Assembly: GCF_025526975.1 (NCBI RefSeq) | Contig: NW_026515680.1 | Location: 1-64,000 of the forward strand | From: Fimicolochytrium jonesii | Lineage: Eukaryota | Length of the DNA stretch: 64,000 nt | Reading direction: 5' to 3' | In this document: in pieces, positions 63,426-64,000 of the stretch | Numbering within the stretch: position 1 is the stretch's first letter | Layout of the letters: each line of letters opens with the position of its first letter | Notes under the pieces: generated by a model | What the model was told of the DNA's origin: nothing | The model's input: only the letters and a program-made list of their open reading frames with translations | Databases searched by the model: none | Translations under genes and position numbers: made by a program

Positions 63426-64000
63426 TGTCGTTGTCGCTGTGAGAGCGGGAAGCGTGGGGTATGTCTGAGGTTGAACGGGACTGTGGGGAAAGGAGCTGGA
63501 AAGTCTGCTGGAAAGTGGGGTTATGAGAGGCTTCAACCTCGAAGTGGAGGTCTGCAACATCTGCCAACCTTCCACTTTCGCCCATCTGCCATAATGCCCT
63601 TCCCAGACGATCCCTCTCTCACCGCCCTCTATCCACCAGACTTGAAGCTGAAGTTCGTGGAGATCATCCACCGCCACGGTATGTGTTCTCCCCACTTTCA
63701 CCGTCAGTGACCCATCTCACACCTCACGCGCGGGTGTATGTGCTGTAGGTGAGAGATCAACAGCGACAAACTTCTTCCCAAAAGCACAACCAGAAGGAAC
63801 ATGGCGGCTATGCCACACCAAACCGCTGCTGCACGCCTTCCACGCCGCCACATCCGACCTTCTATCCAAAAACGGTGATGCAGGTTTCGAAGGGAGGGAT
63901 GAAGACAATCCGGGAACACCACTATCCGAGTCACTTCCACCCCAGTTCAAAAACGTCGTCCTCGAACCGGCGCATCACACCATCGACCGTCTCTCCACCG

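Overview
Eukaryotic, intron-rich fungal DNA with short GT-AG introns and TTAGGG-type repeats. An early-diverging, chytrid-like fungus is inferred from gene content, not proven. Intact genes: two convergent PAS-containing hybrid histidine kinases, trehalose phosphorylase/synthase, a formate/nitrite transporter, an F-box/ankyrin protein, an M13 peptidase, an intronless FAD oxidoreductase, a FAX/metaxin-like GST, a J-protein, branched-chain E2 (DBT), a MerT-HMA fusion, myosin II, a HerA-like ATPase, a MAPEG protein and a GPI-anchored Cys-rich protein. These are separated by decayed islands (about 1-4.1 kb, 18.2-30.3 kb and 38-42.5 kb) holding tandem repeats, a Tc1-type MITE, MULE and Tc1 transposase remnants, an orphan 28S rRNA fragment and a disrupted PHD-finger + TET/JBP-like dioxygenase gene. 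The leading candidate for a new system is 4.2-18.2 kb: a hybrid kinase with tandem FixL-like heme-PAS domains lies next to a second kinase, trehalose phosphorylase and an FNT channel. The kinase and FNT promoters share a near-identical composite motif, suggesting an O2-sensing/hypoxia module. Gene models were spliced by eye and family calls rest on recalled motifs; no searches were run.
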